Positions 1-13,259 of a DNA stretch of 64,000 nt are shown piece after piece. Origin of the DNA: Paraspadella gotoi (Eukaryota; Animalia; Chaetognatha); contig CM119266.1 in assembly GCA_051294375.1 (NCBI GenBank), forward strand, positions 2,131,200 through 2,195,199, in the 5' to 3' direction. The notes below the pieces were generated by a model. That model was given only the letters and a program-made list of their open reading frames with translations, ran no database searches and had not been told where the DNA came from. The translations under genes and the position numbers were made by a program. Each line of letters starts with the position of its first letter. The first letter of the stretch is position 1.

Positions 1-144
1 ATAGTGTATTGACCTAGTACCATAATATCTATCCTAAATAGTAAATAATAAATATATTATTGATAAGAAATCTGTTCTTGATCTATATTTTTACTTCGTA
101 TTATTGAGAGTGAGTTCTCATATATTTTTCTAAAATTCAGAATT

Positions 145-470
145 ATTTTTAGCCGACTCTATAATTCACTTTGTCGGTCTGTCGGTGCGCCCCCTCAATA
201 TTGTCGGGCAACACACTGATATCATGTCAGAAATCAAATATATGATATATTATGCAAAAATGATGTATGTCCCGTCCATCTGTCTGTCCGTCCGTCCTCC
301 GTCCGTCCGTCCGTCCGTCCGTCCCACCTTAGCAAAAAACACCAATTGTCTTCGTGATTGGATGGGATGGATTTGAATGAAATTTTGTGTGTGGGTAGGA
401 AGTGTGTGATTAAGCGGAAATCAAGTTTCGATGGAATCGACTGAGTGGAAATGAGTTTTAAATGGAAAAA
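145..470. mobile_element. Probable non-autonomous Helentron/DINE-like (HINE) fragment with (GTCC)n microsatellite
   Basis: (gtcc)n/(gtct)n tract at 270-325 followed by 'ggatggatttgaatgaaattttgtgtgtgggtag', a layout typical of DINE-1/HINE repeats. Related ggac/gaccgac tracts occur at ~11880-12100 and ~51020. Boundaries approximate. Confidence 0.4.
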
Positions 471-1294
471 ACAAAAAACCTGTTTCACTAATTGATTATG
501 CTACTTTTTCCTTTTATATTAAATGTAAATGAAGGAAGTATATTAGATTAATCAAATGATTAATTAATTATTCATTTAATTAATCAATAATAATTAATAA
601 GTCAATCAAGTCAATCATTATCGGCATTATTCTCATCGTCGTCATTGCTTTTTGTCGTGGTTAGTGACAAAAAGACCTAAAAACAAACATTTAGGATTTA
701 ATTAATTAATTAATTGCCTAATTAATTAATTAAATTAACTTGAATAATCTAATTATTAATTAAATTAATAATGATCGTGGGCAGATCCGACTTGTTTTTG
801 CTCAACTTGTTTCATTGTGTAACAAAGATTGATTTGTAGGTTTTTGATTCATTGGGTTATATTAATGATTTTTCATCTAAGTTCAAAAAAAAAAAGTATA
901 AAATCATCAAAGCACATTAAGTCTTTCATCCAAGATTTTCTTTTTCAAAAAAAAAAAAGCCTAAAAAAATAAAGAGAGATTTTCTTTTAAGATTAGCTAG
1001 AAAAGCTTCGTGCTATTTTCAGCGACTAATAATTTTAATGCATTTGTTTTAGTTTTTAAAACTTCTATACATTTCATTGTTGTTGATTTTTTGGTTTCAA
1101 ATGTCAATTTCTTAATCCTTTGTTTTTTCTCTCCTCCCCCCTCCCTTTTTTTCTTCTCTCTTCCTTCTTTTTCCCTTCTTTTTTATTTTCTCCTTTTCCT
1201 CTAATCTCTTTTTCCTTAGTTTCTTCGTTCCTTTTCCACACCTTCCACCTTCCCATCTCTCTTTTCATTTGTTTTTCTCCCTCTTCAGCTTTCC

Positions 1295-1532
1295 CCCTCA
1301 ACTCCTCTTTGGCTTTCCCCAACTCCCTCTTTGGCTTTCCCCCCAACTCCCTCTTTGGCTTTTCCCCCCAACTCCCTCTTTGGCTTTCCCCACTGCCCCA
1401 TCTTTGGCTTTTCCCCCCAACTCCCTCTTGGCTTTCCCCCCACTCCCTCTTTGGCTTTCCCCCAACTCCCTCTTTGCTTCCCCCCAACTCCTCTTGGCTT
1501 TCCCCCAACTCCTCTTTGCTTTCCCCAACTCC
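1295..1532. repeat. Degenerate ~22-bp tandem repeat (ggctttcccccaactccctcttt)
   Basis: About 10 visible imperfect copies; explains the spurious PPNS/PQLP ORFs. Confidence 0.85.
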
Positions 1533-1949
1533 TCAGGCCGATCAGCGCTCCATTTGCAAGTCAAACGGATCCTCTTTTCTTTAGCCGTGCCACGCCCACC
1601 AGGACGCCAACCCCGCCACCGCCGCCCCTAGGAGGACGCCCCCGTCGCGTCCACCCTTCTTCTTAAAAGTGACGGCTCACAGGAGAACGCCACGCCGCGA
1701 CCTCCCATCACCTAAGACAAGACCGACGCCGCCTGACACGTGACGTCAAAAGTACCGTCGAACTCCCTTAACCCTTTTGTCCCACCGGGTCGAATAAAAA
1801 AATTGTGTTGAATAAAACTGCAAAATCCAGAATCATGTAAATGTTTAAGTGATTTATTTTGTTCTCATATTTCTTTATTGAAACAATAAGTATTGAACTT
1901 AATTTACCAAAAACAGTTTTAAAACATTTGATATTCCTCTCGTCCTTCA

Positions 1950-3390
1950 ACTCCCAACGTCGAAGGTTTCAACTGCGGCTCGATCACATTGAGGCAATCG
2001 TTTTCCACCGACCAATATAGGCCGTCAAATTAGCGTAAGACTTTGACGGGCAGACGTTCGTCGTGAAGTGCCGACAAAGACCGCAAAAAGTCCCGCCAGG
2101 CGTCGAGTGTTTGATTTCCCGAAGACTTCGTAATTTTCACGCCAGTCGTGATACTCTCGTAGCTGTGGCGGTCGCGGCGAGGCGGATCAGTTTGTCCGCC
2201 AGTTCCTTGGGGGTAGATCGTTGGGCGTCTATGTAAGAGTGAGGCGGAGACGTCGACCTCGTAATCGCCGCCGCTCTGACAACGGGCACCGCCGTCGTGT
2301 TTGACAAGATTGTCCAGAATTTGGGAGCCATGTAGTTTCGACAGATGGGTTTCGAAGGAGAGATAGAAAAAATATCACGTGACAGCATCTCGTAGCATTC
2401 GACGATCCCACTCGGCGTCGTCCGCCGACACTTGAGCTTCGAGCACTCCCCGTAATGTCTACGTCCACGAAATGACGAAGTTCTTAACGTAGAAACGTCG
2501 TTGCGACTGACTGAGACAATGAGAAACGAACCAAGCCACCAGACGTCTTTTGTTTTTCCAGTTGTAACTCTGGTTCCACTTTTCTCCACTACTCCACGGT
2601 TCTCGCTTTGATCGATAAAATCCATGGTAGACTTCGATGTCGCTGTCCTTTCGGTAAGTCATCGTCCAGTTAAAGACGTTGTTGAAGTGGCTGGTGTTTA
2701 GGTAAGTATCGAATTGGCGACTCTTGAAAGTAGAAAATCCAGCGTTGGTGGGGAAGGCGCGTTGTGGGGATGTCGTATCGGGGGACTAAGGAGAGTTTGC
2801 TTCCCTCTGGTTGCGTCGAGGAGAAACAAATGATATGAAAAATTTATTAATTTCGTAGTGGATTAAAAATATATTTGTTGTAATATATCTCCAATAAAAA
2901 CTTGTTTGTAATTTTTTTTTAAAGTTTGATTATTTTTCGATGTATTTTTGCCTTTAATTAAAAAACTGTTACAGATAAATGAGCTTTAGTACCAAACTTT
3001 TGTATCAAACTAGTTTTGATAGATTATATTATATTATGTTATATTATTATATATTAAAATAATAATTTATTTCACTCACTTCCTTTTATCTAAGTATATC
3101 CATCGACTGTGAAACAAAATAGCATCGGCCTCTTGGTCGGACTTCGATCGTTCGAAGTCTCGCAATCTCTGATGGACACCGCGCGTCGATGAATGGTCTC
3201 GATCCCAGGCCAAACCCGTGTGTTCCAGATGGAAGTTGCGCTGCCAGAAGAGATGGAGTTTGCGGCGGCGTGAGGCGTTGCAGGTTGGCGGGAGATAAAG
3301 ACTTGGAGGAAGATGAGGAAGTAGAGGAGGAAAGGAAGAGGAGGAAGAGGCTGAGTTATTGAAGATAAAGGGAGGAAACGGGATGAGCTT
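1950..3390 (-). pseudogene. Alpha-1,3/4-fucosyltransferase (GT10 family), frameshifted gene or pseudogene, at least 2 exons
   Basis: Minus-strand peptides across frames: GLGSRPFIDARCP, ADAILFHSRW, RLPHQRWIFYFQESP, NVFNWTMTYRKDSDI, LVAWFVSHC, ICRNYMAPKFW (cf. GT10 motif FENSxCxDYITEKFW), HSYIDA..TPKELAD. A possible signal-anchor exon lies at ~4520-4680. Confidence 0.8.
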
Positions 3391-5633
3391 TAAAATATAA
3401 TTATATAATAATTAAATTCGTTTAATAAATAAGCTATTTTGTCGCTGAGTTTGGACAATAGACACTGGACAGTAGGGTGAAGTGAAAGTTTGGAATCAAA
3501 ATTACCAGTTATATCTTGAAACTATCATATTAGGAATATAATCTATAGTTTTTTTCAATATAGTTGCCCAATCACTTATTTGTATATAGTGCTACCCTTA
3601 TATATGTCAAAATTTTAAATTTTTTTTTAAATTCTGAGAAAAGATTCAGATTTCTCGTTTAAAAAATATAAATTTTTTCAAATTATGTCATTAGGAGGTT
3701 AAAATATAAAAAAAATATTTTTAAGCTGGAAATTAAAATCGGTATCTGAAATAGTTTTTTACATTTTAACCAACATAATAAATGATTTTAAAAGAATTAC
3801 ATTCTTTAATCACCTTTTGACAGATCTTAAAATTTAAAAATTTTATTTGAAATTGATCCTATTATATATATTAGGCCTTTTCATCATCGATGCCCCTTGC
3901 CGTATGACGGAGCAGCGATATCTCTCGCTCTCTCTCTGGCTGGAGTCTGGATCGGGATCGACAAAAAGACTACGATAATTGAACGATGCATTAATTTAGG
4001 TTTCGTTAGGGAAAAGTTAGTTTAGGATAGATATTAGGCGCATTACTTAATATAATGGATCGATTAAGATTTTGAAGCTTGTTTTATAGTTTAATTACTG
4101 AGAAAAGATTTCAGGCGATTTGAGATACCTGCGTTGTTAAAAACAGAAAACTTAAAAAATATATTCATTGTAATTAAGTTAAAATTTAAGAAAAAAAAAA
4201 TTTTAAAAAATTTGTATTAAATTATTCTTTAAGCTTTAGATCCATAAAAAAAATTAAAAAATTCAAAATTTAACTTAAAGTAATAAAAATATTTAAATGT
4301 TGTCCTTATTAATAAGATAATTTTTTAAATTTTTTTTTTCTATTCTCAAAGTCACTTTATCATTATTTTTGGGCTTCTAGTTTTAATCCGGATAGATATT
4401 AGGATTAAGTGGGGATTGGATTAGATTAGGGTTGAGATTGGGTTGGATTAGGTTATGATTAGGGTAGGATTAGGTTATTTTTCCTACGCTAACTTTTACA
4501 ACAAAAAAATTATGGCTTTGCGGTGACTCATTGGTCAGGATCGGGATCGACAGAAACGATGACGATAATTTGAACGATGGAGGAAGCATTTTGCGACGGT
4601 GAGAGCGACGACAAAAGGGTGACGCATAAAACGACGATGGAAGCGGCAAAAGATACGATTATTGTGCGTGTGTTGAGTCCGCTGCTTCAGGAGCCGCAGC
4701 AAGGGGGCTTCTTTTGAAAAAAAGTGCCTTTATTAGTTTTTATTCTCATGATATATATGCTAAATTTTAAATTTCTAAAATTTATTATTTCACATCACTC
4801 TACTGGACAGGCTATGGGAGGTTAAGGCTTCATGTCTCTTACAAAATGATAACATATATATAATCATATGTATATTATATGCTATAATTTAAGTTATTTA
4901 CTTTGTTTATTTAATCATAGTAATAATTTTCAAGTCATATTGAATCTAAATTCGAACAGTATTGTAGAATTGAACGTTTTTTTCATAAATATTATTGAAT
5001 TTAAAAACTTATATAATTCATTTATATTTAGTTTAAGTATAAAAAATATATTTAAATTTTAGCTATGTTACTTAATAAATGAATTTCTTAAATAAAATTA
5101 TATATTCATTTCTGTTTTAAAAACTAAGAAAAAAACTATTTTCAAATGTAAATCGCGGAACCAACAGTTGATCGAAGTCCGAGGAGACGAACGCATAAAC
5201 TCGATCGATGTCAATCATCGCTTACACACTTTAGCGTTGAAAATCTTCATCATTATGTCGTTAAAACGTGAGGTTCACTCTTGACATGTAACCTCGTCAA
5301 GGTTGTACATTTTTTTTTCTTCAAATTTTTCAATATCTGTGAACCGACCGATTCTATGAAAAAAGAAACTAAACAAAATAAATCAAAGTCCGACTTCAGT
5401 TTCTCGATTCTTTTTTTTGCGTGTCAAGTAAAAGTTCAATAAACAAGATGATTGTTTTTTTAAACAATCGTATATATTAATTGGTATACGATTAGCGAAA
5501 TTGATTATGAATACGTCAACGAAGGAGTAGGTTTATTACGGATAATTTAGTAGTTCTATAGTAGTTTTATTTATACAAATAAACGCGGAGATAATAATAA
5601 TTGAGGGAGATTGTGATGATTAAAACGATGTTT

Positions 5634-5863
5634 TGTGGACGCAACAAGTTTCAGAGTAAAGATAATTTATTTTCAACAACGTTATAAACAATAACAGTCA
5701 AAATGCTCAGATCCTAAGTCTATTACAATGGTATTTACAAAGGTCAACGTTTGACCATAAAGGTCAACGTTTTGACCATAAATAAGTTGGGGAATTGAGC
5801 GAGGTAAGTTTGGTAAGGTCATGTGGTTTGACCGAGGTTGCGTGTTCTTGATGTTCGTCCACA
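5634..5863 (-). repeat. 3' LTR (~230 bp) of the Gypsy element
   Basis: Terminal inverted repeat TGTGGACG (5634-5641) / CGTCCACA (5856-5863). On the minus strand it is preceded by the PPT GTGGGGGGAT (5865-5874) and contains AATAAA at ~5666-5671. Confidence 0.75.
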
Positions 5864-8110
5864 CATCCCCCCACAAGCCTTTGACCGGTGGGGAGAAGGC
5901 TTGAAGTATTGAATTGCGTCGTCGTTTTCATCGTTTATCGTCTCTTCCGGGTGGCTGAAGCATCGTCGGAAGGATGTTGATAAGACCAGGTATTGATCAG
6001 ATTGTCGACGAGCGATTGCGGCGTCTGGAAAACGCGAGTGGCGCCGCTTCCGTTCCGGAGGGGTGCCGGTGCGGGGCTGCAGTGGTACGACGCGGGCGAC
6101 CACGTGGTCGCGCCTGCTCAGATTGGGGGGTGCGGATTCGTCGGTGACGGCGGTTTCAGTCGATCGACGGAAATATCTTTGACGGCGCGGGCCCGGTATT
6201 TTNNNNNNNNNNNNNNNNNNNNNNNNNATTTTGAAAGTTTTTGGGCCACGTTCGAGGACGTTGTAAGAGCCGTCGAATGTCCATCGCGTCGGATGTAGAC
6301 GCGGTTGACGTCGGCGAGCGTTTCCGGGACATGAGAAGGCTGCGCCGCGTGCCAAGCGGCGGGCAGAGGCTGCATGAGAGCGACATCTGCGCGGAAATCG
6401 TCAAGGATTCGCGAGCGAGCGGCGGCGTCGACGTCAGTTGTCGGGACCGGAAGTAGCTCGCCAGGGAGCGTCAGCGTCTCGCTCAGCATTAATTTGGCGG
6501 GAGAGGCGTCCGAGTCTTCTCGTGGTGTTGCGCGGAGACTCAAGAGAGTCCAAGGGAGTTGCGCCAACCAGTTATTTCTAGCGGCGTCGCAGCGGGCCCG
6601 TAGGGCCGCTTTCAGCGTTCGATGAAGGCACTCAACCATCCCGTTGGATTGGGGGTGGTAGGCTGTCGTCGTAGAAGGGTCAAAGCCGACTACCGCTGCC
6701 ACTTGGCGCCACAATTCGGACGTTAATTGGGTGCCACGATCAGTGGTGACGACGGACGGGACGCAAAAACGCGAAACCCAGTTTTGTAGGAAGGCGGCGG
6801 CAACGGAGGCGGCGGAGATGTCGCGAAGCGGTGCTGCTTCCGGCAGCGCGTGAAGCGGTCAATCATCGTCAGAAGATGAGTATGACCAGAGACGGCTGGC
6901 AGCGGCCCCACTAGATCGATATGAACGTGAGCAAAACGTTTGGCTGGTGGTTCAAATTTCTGGAGCGGCGCGCGGACATGGCGCTGCGTCTTGGCGCGCT
7001 GACAAGTGTCGCATGACCCTGCCCATCGTGCGATGTTGGATGAGGCTGATGGCCATACGAAGCGCGTCGTCACGAGCTTTTTGGATGCGCGAACTCCCGG
7101 GTGGGCGATGCCATGGGTGGCGTCGAAAACGCGCCGGCGCCATGACGCTGGAACAAGTGGGCGTGCTCGGGAGCCTGAGATGTTGCAGATGAGTGTCGTG
7201 TTGCTGATTGGAACGTTTTTGAGATGGAGCGCCGTATGAGAGTCGTTGAGGAGCGGCTGGACATCGTCGTCGGTGGCTTGATCAGCCGCCATTGCCTCAA
7301 AGTTGACTTGGAGGGCGCCGACGGCGTTGACGGTGGTGGCGATGTCCTCACGCTCTTTTTGCGCATTCAAGATCGCTTCAGGTCGATCTGTAGGGATTGT
7401 CGCTGGTGGCGGCGCTGACGGAGGAGTTGGCGGGCGGGAAAGGGCATCGGCAACGACGTTCGCCTTTCCGGCGATATGACGGATGTCGCCGGTATATTCG
7501 GCGATGCCCGCCAGTTGATAGGTTTGCCTCATGGTGTGAGGCTCGGCCTTCTTCCGCAGCGCCGCCACGAGCGAGATGTGGTTGCTAAAAAGTGTGAAAC
7601 GGCGTCCTTCGACGTATGGGCGGAAATGGCGAATTGAGGCGTAGGCGGCGAGAAGCTCCTTGTCGAAGGGCGGCCATTTTCGTTGATTGGGTTTCAGTGG
7701 CTTTGAATGGAAACCCAGGGGCTGCCATTGGCCATCGACAAGCTGTTCGAGGACGACGCCGACGGCGACGTCAGAGGCGTCGACAGTAAGAGCAAGGGGA
7801 GCGCCGTCGATAGGGTGGACCAGAAATATAGAGTCGGCAAGGGCGTCCTTGATTGCCTGGAAAGCGGCGTCTTGCGGGGCCGCCCATTTTAGCACGCGGT
7901 TTTCCGTGGAGAACTTCAAGAAGGGGGTCGAGATGATGTGCGGCATGGGGCACGAATCGGCGGTAGTAGAAAACCCCGAGAAAGCGTTGAAGTTCTTTTA
8001 CAGTAGTGGGCGTGGCCATCTCGCGTAGCGCCTCTACCTTTGACGGAAGTGGGCGGACGCCATCATTGTTGACGTTGTAGCCGAGAAACTCCAGGCTGGA
8101 GGCGCCAAAA
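5634..8110 (-). mobile_element. pol: Ty3/Gypsy LTR retrotransposon, 3' part (RT end, RNase H, integrase, 3' LTR); frameshifted; 5' part lost at the N-gap
   Basis: LEFLGY..GVRPLPSKV (RT); LTVDASDVAVGVVLEQ, DKELLAAY, GKANVVADALSR (RNase H); HGIAHPG..CDTCQ (HHCC); HIDLVGPLP, TTAYHPQSNGMVE (integrase). Order RT-RH-IN is Gypsy-type. Confidence 0.95.
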
Positions 8111-9622
8111 NNNNNNNNNNNNNNNNNNNNNNNNNNNNNNNNNNNNNNNNNNNNNNNNNNNNNNNNNNNNNNNNNNNNNNNNNNNNNNNNNNNNNNNNNN
8201 NNNNNNNNNNCCCTAAGCAAACCCCATCAGGACCGATCGAAAGCCCCTTACCTTGACCCCTCGACCTCTTGACCTTACCTTATCCAAATCGCGAGATCGG
8301 ATTCCGGAATTCGACTCTCGACGTCGGAAGATCCTTACCTCTCTTCGTCGGGAGTCACTTACTCAGATCCGGCTCGAGGGTAAGGAGGGTAAGCGTGCGA
8401 GAATTGGGGGTGGGAGTCTCGATTCGTTACGAGGATGGAGGGAGCGGTGAGTGGGCCGTGACCATAAATGACCCTCTTAATTAGTTCAGGGAATGAGGCT
8501 AAAGTAGACTCCCCTCCAAAAAGTCGTCGTCGTCGTTGTTGGTTCTTATCGTCGTCGTCATCTCGTTCGTTCTTCATCTTCAGTCAGTTAACACATTGTA
8601 AAAAAAAAAGACTCAGACAGTTTGAAAGTGGAAGGGAAAGGAGAGGTGTGTGGGGAGGCTGTGGGGAGGTTGTGGGGAGGTTGGAGGGGAGGTGGACGGT
8701 CTGGAGCGTGGGAAAGAAACGGGGGAAGAAAGAAGAAAGAATTCTGGTAGGATGGTTCTTGGTCAAGTTATGTTAATTTAGAGCATTTTATGTCCTTTAT
8801 ATACTACAATACAGAACGGGGAATTTAAAAGTTTCAAAACCGATCGTCTGTTAATTTTTTTTCTTTTTTCTTTCACTTTCTTACAGTTTCTATCCTAACT
8901 TTCTCTCTTTCTCCTCTCTCTCAGTCGCTATTNNNNNNNNNNNNNNNNNNNNNNNNNNNNNNNNNNNNNNNNNNNNNNNNNNNNNNNNNNNNNNNNNNNN
9001 NNNNNNNNNNNNNNNNNNNNNNNNNNNNNNNNNNNNNNNNNNNNNNNNNNNNNNNNNNNNNNNNNNNNNNNNNNNNNNNNNNNNNNNNNNNNNNNNNNNN
9101 NNNNNNNNNNNNNNNNNNNNNNNNNTCTCTCTCCCTTTTCCTTCTCCCCCTCTTTTTTCACTTTCACACTAGAGGCGTCACTTTCAATTTCGATTTGGTC
9201 TCAGAAAAAAAGTGTCCAACTTTTAAGTGGGAAAAAAAATAGTGGAAAAAAAGAGGAAAGAAAAACCTCGAAAAAAAATCATCGCTCCTCTTTTTTTTTG
9301 TCTCTTGTAGACGAATGTTCAAAGTTTTAAGGGGTGAAAAACTTCATTAAAACTCTTAAGGGGTGAAAAACTTCATTAAAAACGTTTGAGGGGTGAAAAA
9401 ACTTCGTTAAATTCGTTTTTCGGGGACGGGCTAAAGATTTTTTTAAAACCTTTTTAAGAGGTTTTGGAATCTATCGTATTCTGTTCATTTGTGTTTCTAT
9501 AATTTAAAGTCTTTTCAATTGATACCCTTTAGATTTTTGAAGAACCAGGTATCAACTAGGTGTGAAGAAAAGGTTATGTCTGAGTCTCTTTTGCCCTCCA
9601 ATATCATTTAAGGAAAAACTCA

Positions 9623-9660
9623 CTTTGGAGGCGTGGGTTCGAATCCCACCGCTGCCACCA
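9623..9660 (+). pseudogene. Retroposed 3' fragment of mature tRNA-Leu including CCA, flanked by 18-bp TSD
   Basis: GGAGGCGTGGGTTCGAATCCCACCGCTGCCA+CCA matches the 3' half of eukaryotic tRNA-Leu(AAG/TAG type). Identical CATTTAAGGAAAAACTCA at 9605-9622 and 9661-9678. Confidence 0.85.
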
Positions 9661-9826
9661 CATTTAAGGAAAAACTCATGGATTTCAAGGGTTGAAATCA
9701 AAGATGAGATTTATTCTGGGAATAAGGAGTCTTGATCAATGCTACTAAAACTAAGAGAACCTAGGTCTATTTATATCTAGAGAAGAGGATCGGTTGTAAG
9801 GGTAAATTTGACAAATTCAATGATTC

Positions 9827-10300
9827 TGCAAGCTGATTGTTTGATTCCGGTTCCATCTTTGACCAATCAGGATTCAGTGATTCCATTTCCTGCGGAGATC
9901 GCCCGAGCCTCCGATCCGATTTGCTTTTGGTGGCTTGATACTCCTGCGATGATATCTTGATGCTTATTATTTTTACCTTTGGTTAAACGTGAATCGTTTT
10001 CACTCAGCAGAAACTACGATTGCCCGGACGAAATGAATTTAAATGGGTTTTTTGGAGNNNNNNNNNNCTGCAAGCTGATTGTTCGATTCCGGTTCCATCT
10101 TTGACCAATCAGGATTCAGTCATTCCATTTCCTGCGGAGATCGCCCGAGCCTCCGATCCGATTTGCTTTTGGTGGCTTGATACTCCTGCGATGGTATCTT
10201 GATGCTTATTATTTTTACCTTTGGTTAAACGTGAATCGTTTTCACTCAGCAGTAACTACGATTGCCCGGACGAAATGAATTTCAATGGGTTTTTTGGAGA
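9827..10300. repeat. ~230-bp near-identical direct duplication spanning an N-gap
   Basis: 9827-10057 is repeated from 10068 onward, on the other side of the gap at 10058-10067; probably an unmerged contig overlap. Confidence 0.8.
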
Positions 10301-11619
10301 TATTAATCGTTTTTCATGTGCTTTTAATAAAACTTATAAACTCGTACAACTTGCGTTTTCTCTGATAACGACCCACGTTGAATTCTTTGGATGGGCATCG
10401 TCTCGAAAGACCGAAATCACGGGCGTGAAGCAGAAAAATACCTTACAAGGTGTTAACTTTGAAAAACGATGAATAATTAGCAAAAAATTTTCTACTCAGG
10501 TAAAGTTTTTATACTTATAAGAAAATGTTTAGTCTTTTTTACTTAGGAACGTTTTTCACTTAATTTTTTCATTTTCTCTTTTTAGACTTCTGTCATTTTC
10601 CACCTTTTTTTCCTCATTGTCCCCTCCAAATTTCTCTGGTCCCCTTAAAGCGACTTTTCCGACATCAAAGTAATCAGGATCGAATTAAGAAGACGGCGAT
10701 TAGATGAAAGATGAAAAGTTCGGAGGAAAGACCTGTGGTTGTCGTCGTTGTTGTTATTGTTGTAGTTGTAACCACAAAACCTGATGAAAAGTTCGTATGA
10801 GAAACTCAGGATTAGAGATGTCGTAAGTCAAAATTTTGTTTCATATCAAGAATTCTAAATATTAATATAAGTATATAAGTTTGGAATTGACTCAACTGAG
10901 AAGAATTAGCACAAAATACATTATACACTAAATACACTCGAGGAAATCTCGAATACGAGCAGTGAGGAGCAGTCGTAAGTGAAGTGGAATTGATTAAAGA
11001 ATAGAATTAAGTTATGAGGCAAAATAAAAGAGAAGAATATTAAAAATTGATCCCCAAATCATTGGGAATTCAATTAAGACCCAAACCCCCTTTGTTATCT
11101 CAATAACCCCACAATATTTTTCCCCTTTTCCCGCCACCAGTAATTATCCAGGCATTTTGCTTTGTTCTGCCCTTTTTGCCTCCGAGAGAAGACGGCCCAG
11201 ACATTGGACAGTATCCTTTTAAAATCGTTCTTTAAACATTGATGCAAATATGCTTTTGATATTTATCATTTTTAAAGCTTACTACATGTAATTGTTTTAT
11301 TAAAGGCTATTTATTGAAGTGCCAACTTGGACTCAGTGATTCGAAACTACAAAATCTAAATTTTAATCAAAGTAAAGAATAATAAAGATAAATACAGCCG
11401 AAGGTACCGCTGACCCCTCTATCCTCTTCCCTTTCCTCTCCTCTCCTTTCCTTCGCTCGGTTCCCCTGGCATTTTCAAAACTCATAACAAGCGATGAGAT
11501 TCAATATGCAAAAAAAAGGGAGAGAGAGGCTGTTTCCGCAGAGACTAATTAGTTTAATTTATTATAATTTGTTAAATTCTAAAGGCTTTTGATATTTAAT
11601 TGTATTAAAAAAAGCGACG

Positions 11620-11650
<31 letters not shown>

Positions 11651-13146
11651 AAGATGAAAGCATTTTTTTTTCAAAGAATTTTTAGGAATCGTTTGGCTGG
11701 TGAATAAAAAGTCATTTTAGCATTGTCTTTTCATGTCACGTTTGTTACCCGATTCAACAATCCACATGTTTAATGTCATTTTTGTTTTCCTACGTAATCG
11801 ATTTTTATCTCATTTTTTTTTCACAAACTTTAAATGCCCTTTAGAAGGATAATCCTGCCTTGTCTTTAGCGAACGTAAAGATGGAACGAACGAGCAAACG
11901 AACGAACGAACAAACGAACGAAAGAACGAACCAAAGAAAGAACGAACGGACGGACGGACGGATGGACAATACAACAATACATATCATAGGACAAGGCGTC
12001 TATGGAAAGACAGAAGAGCTGGGAAAGACTCACTTAGGCCTATTATCCGACGCGCTGACAGACCGACCGACTCCAAAAAAATCGGACGGCATAGTGCGAT
12101 AATAGAGATTCAACCTCTAACGCGATTTTTTTCCGCATTTTTTGAAGTCATCGGCAAAAAAAAAATAAAGAATTTTGCGAATGGATTTTCTTTTTCCTGC
12201 TTTTTTTTTTCTGAGCAAAAAAGCGAAATTTCTCGATTCAACGCGAAATCATTTTTTTTTCTTCTTTTTTTTTTCTGGATTTTTTCGTTGATCCGAAATT
12301 CGTCATTGGATTAAGTTTCGATTTTAACTTTTTTGGGTTTATTTTGTTTTATGAATTTATTGAATTTAAGGAAGTTTAAGCGATTTTTAAAAGATTTACT
12401 TTGTTTTATACAAGAGAAATTATTTATTCTTTAAAATGCACATTTTGTGGACGTCAATCATTTTAATTTTATTTTCTCGAGTTTTAGTAGCATACGTTTC
12501 TCTTTTAAATACAAGCTGTCGATATGAGGTCTTGAGATTTTGTTAATGTTCCTCTCATTCTTGCCTCTTTTTTTCATCATTTTTTAAATTTCGCTATTTT
12601 CCCCATAAACTCAGTTTGATTCTTTTCTTTCTCTCTAGAGACGAAATTTCGTCCCTAAAAACTTTTTCTTTCTCTTTAAAAAAAGTTTTCTTTTTTTTTT
12701 CTTTTGTTTTGGTGATTATTGTCGCACTGATTTCCTTTCAAAGTCAGAGGTTAAAGTTAATACAAACGATTTTTCATTTTCCTTTCCGCGACCGAATTTA
12801 TTTAACTTAAAATAAATATAAATATAAATATAAATAAATTCATTTATTTATTTATTCATGGATCAAATGAATTTTTTTTTTTTGAATCGTGATTCCATCA
12901 TTAACAATTCTATGGTATTGTTAGTATGCACTATGCATTATAACGAATTTTGTAAAACATAAAAAACAATGCATTTCATAATAAAAAAAAAACATTTGGT
13001 ATTGTAATTCTGACCAAGAGTTTTCGATCACATTTCCGTCATCCCTGATTCACAGATTTGGTGATCGAAAGGCAACACAAATCGATTTTTCACCGCCACT
13101 CGTGAATTCACCCAGAAAAGGCGATAAAGTTTTATACTCCCCTCTG

Positions 13147-13192
<46 letters not shown>

Positions 13193-13228
13193 TCATCTGG
13201 TCTTCTCGTCTCTCTGCATCCAGTCTCG

Positions 13229-13259
<31 letters not shown>

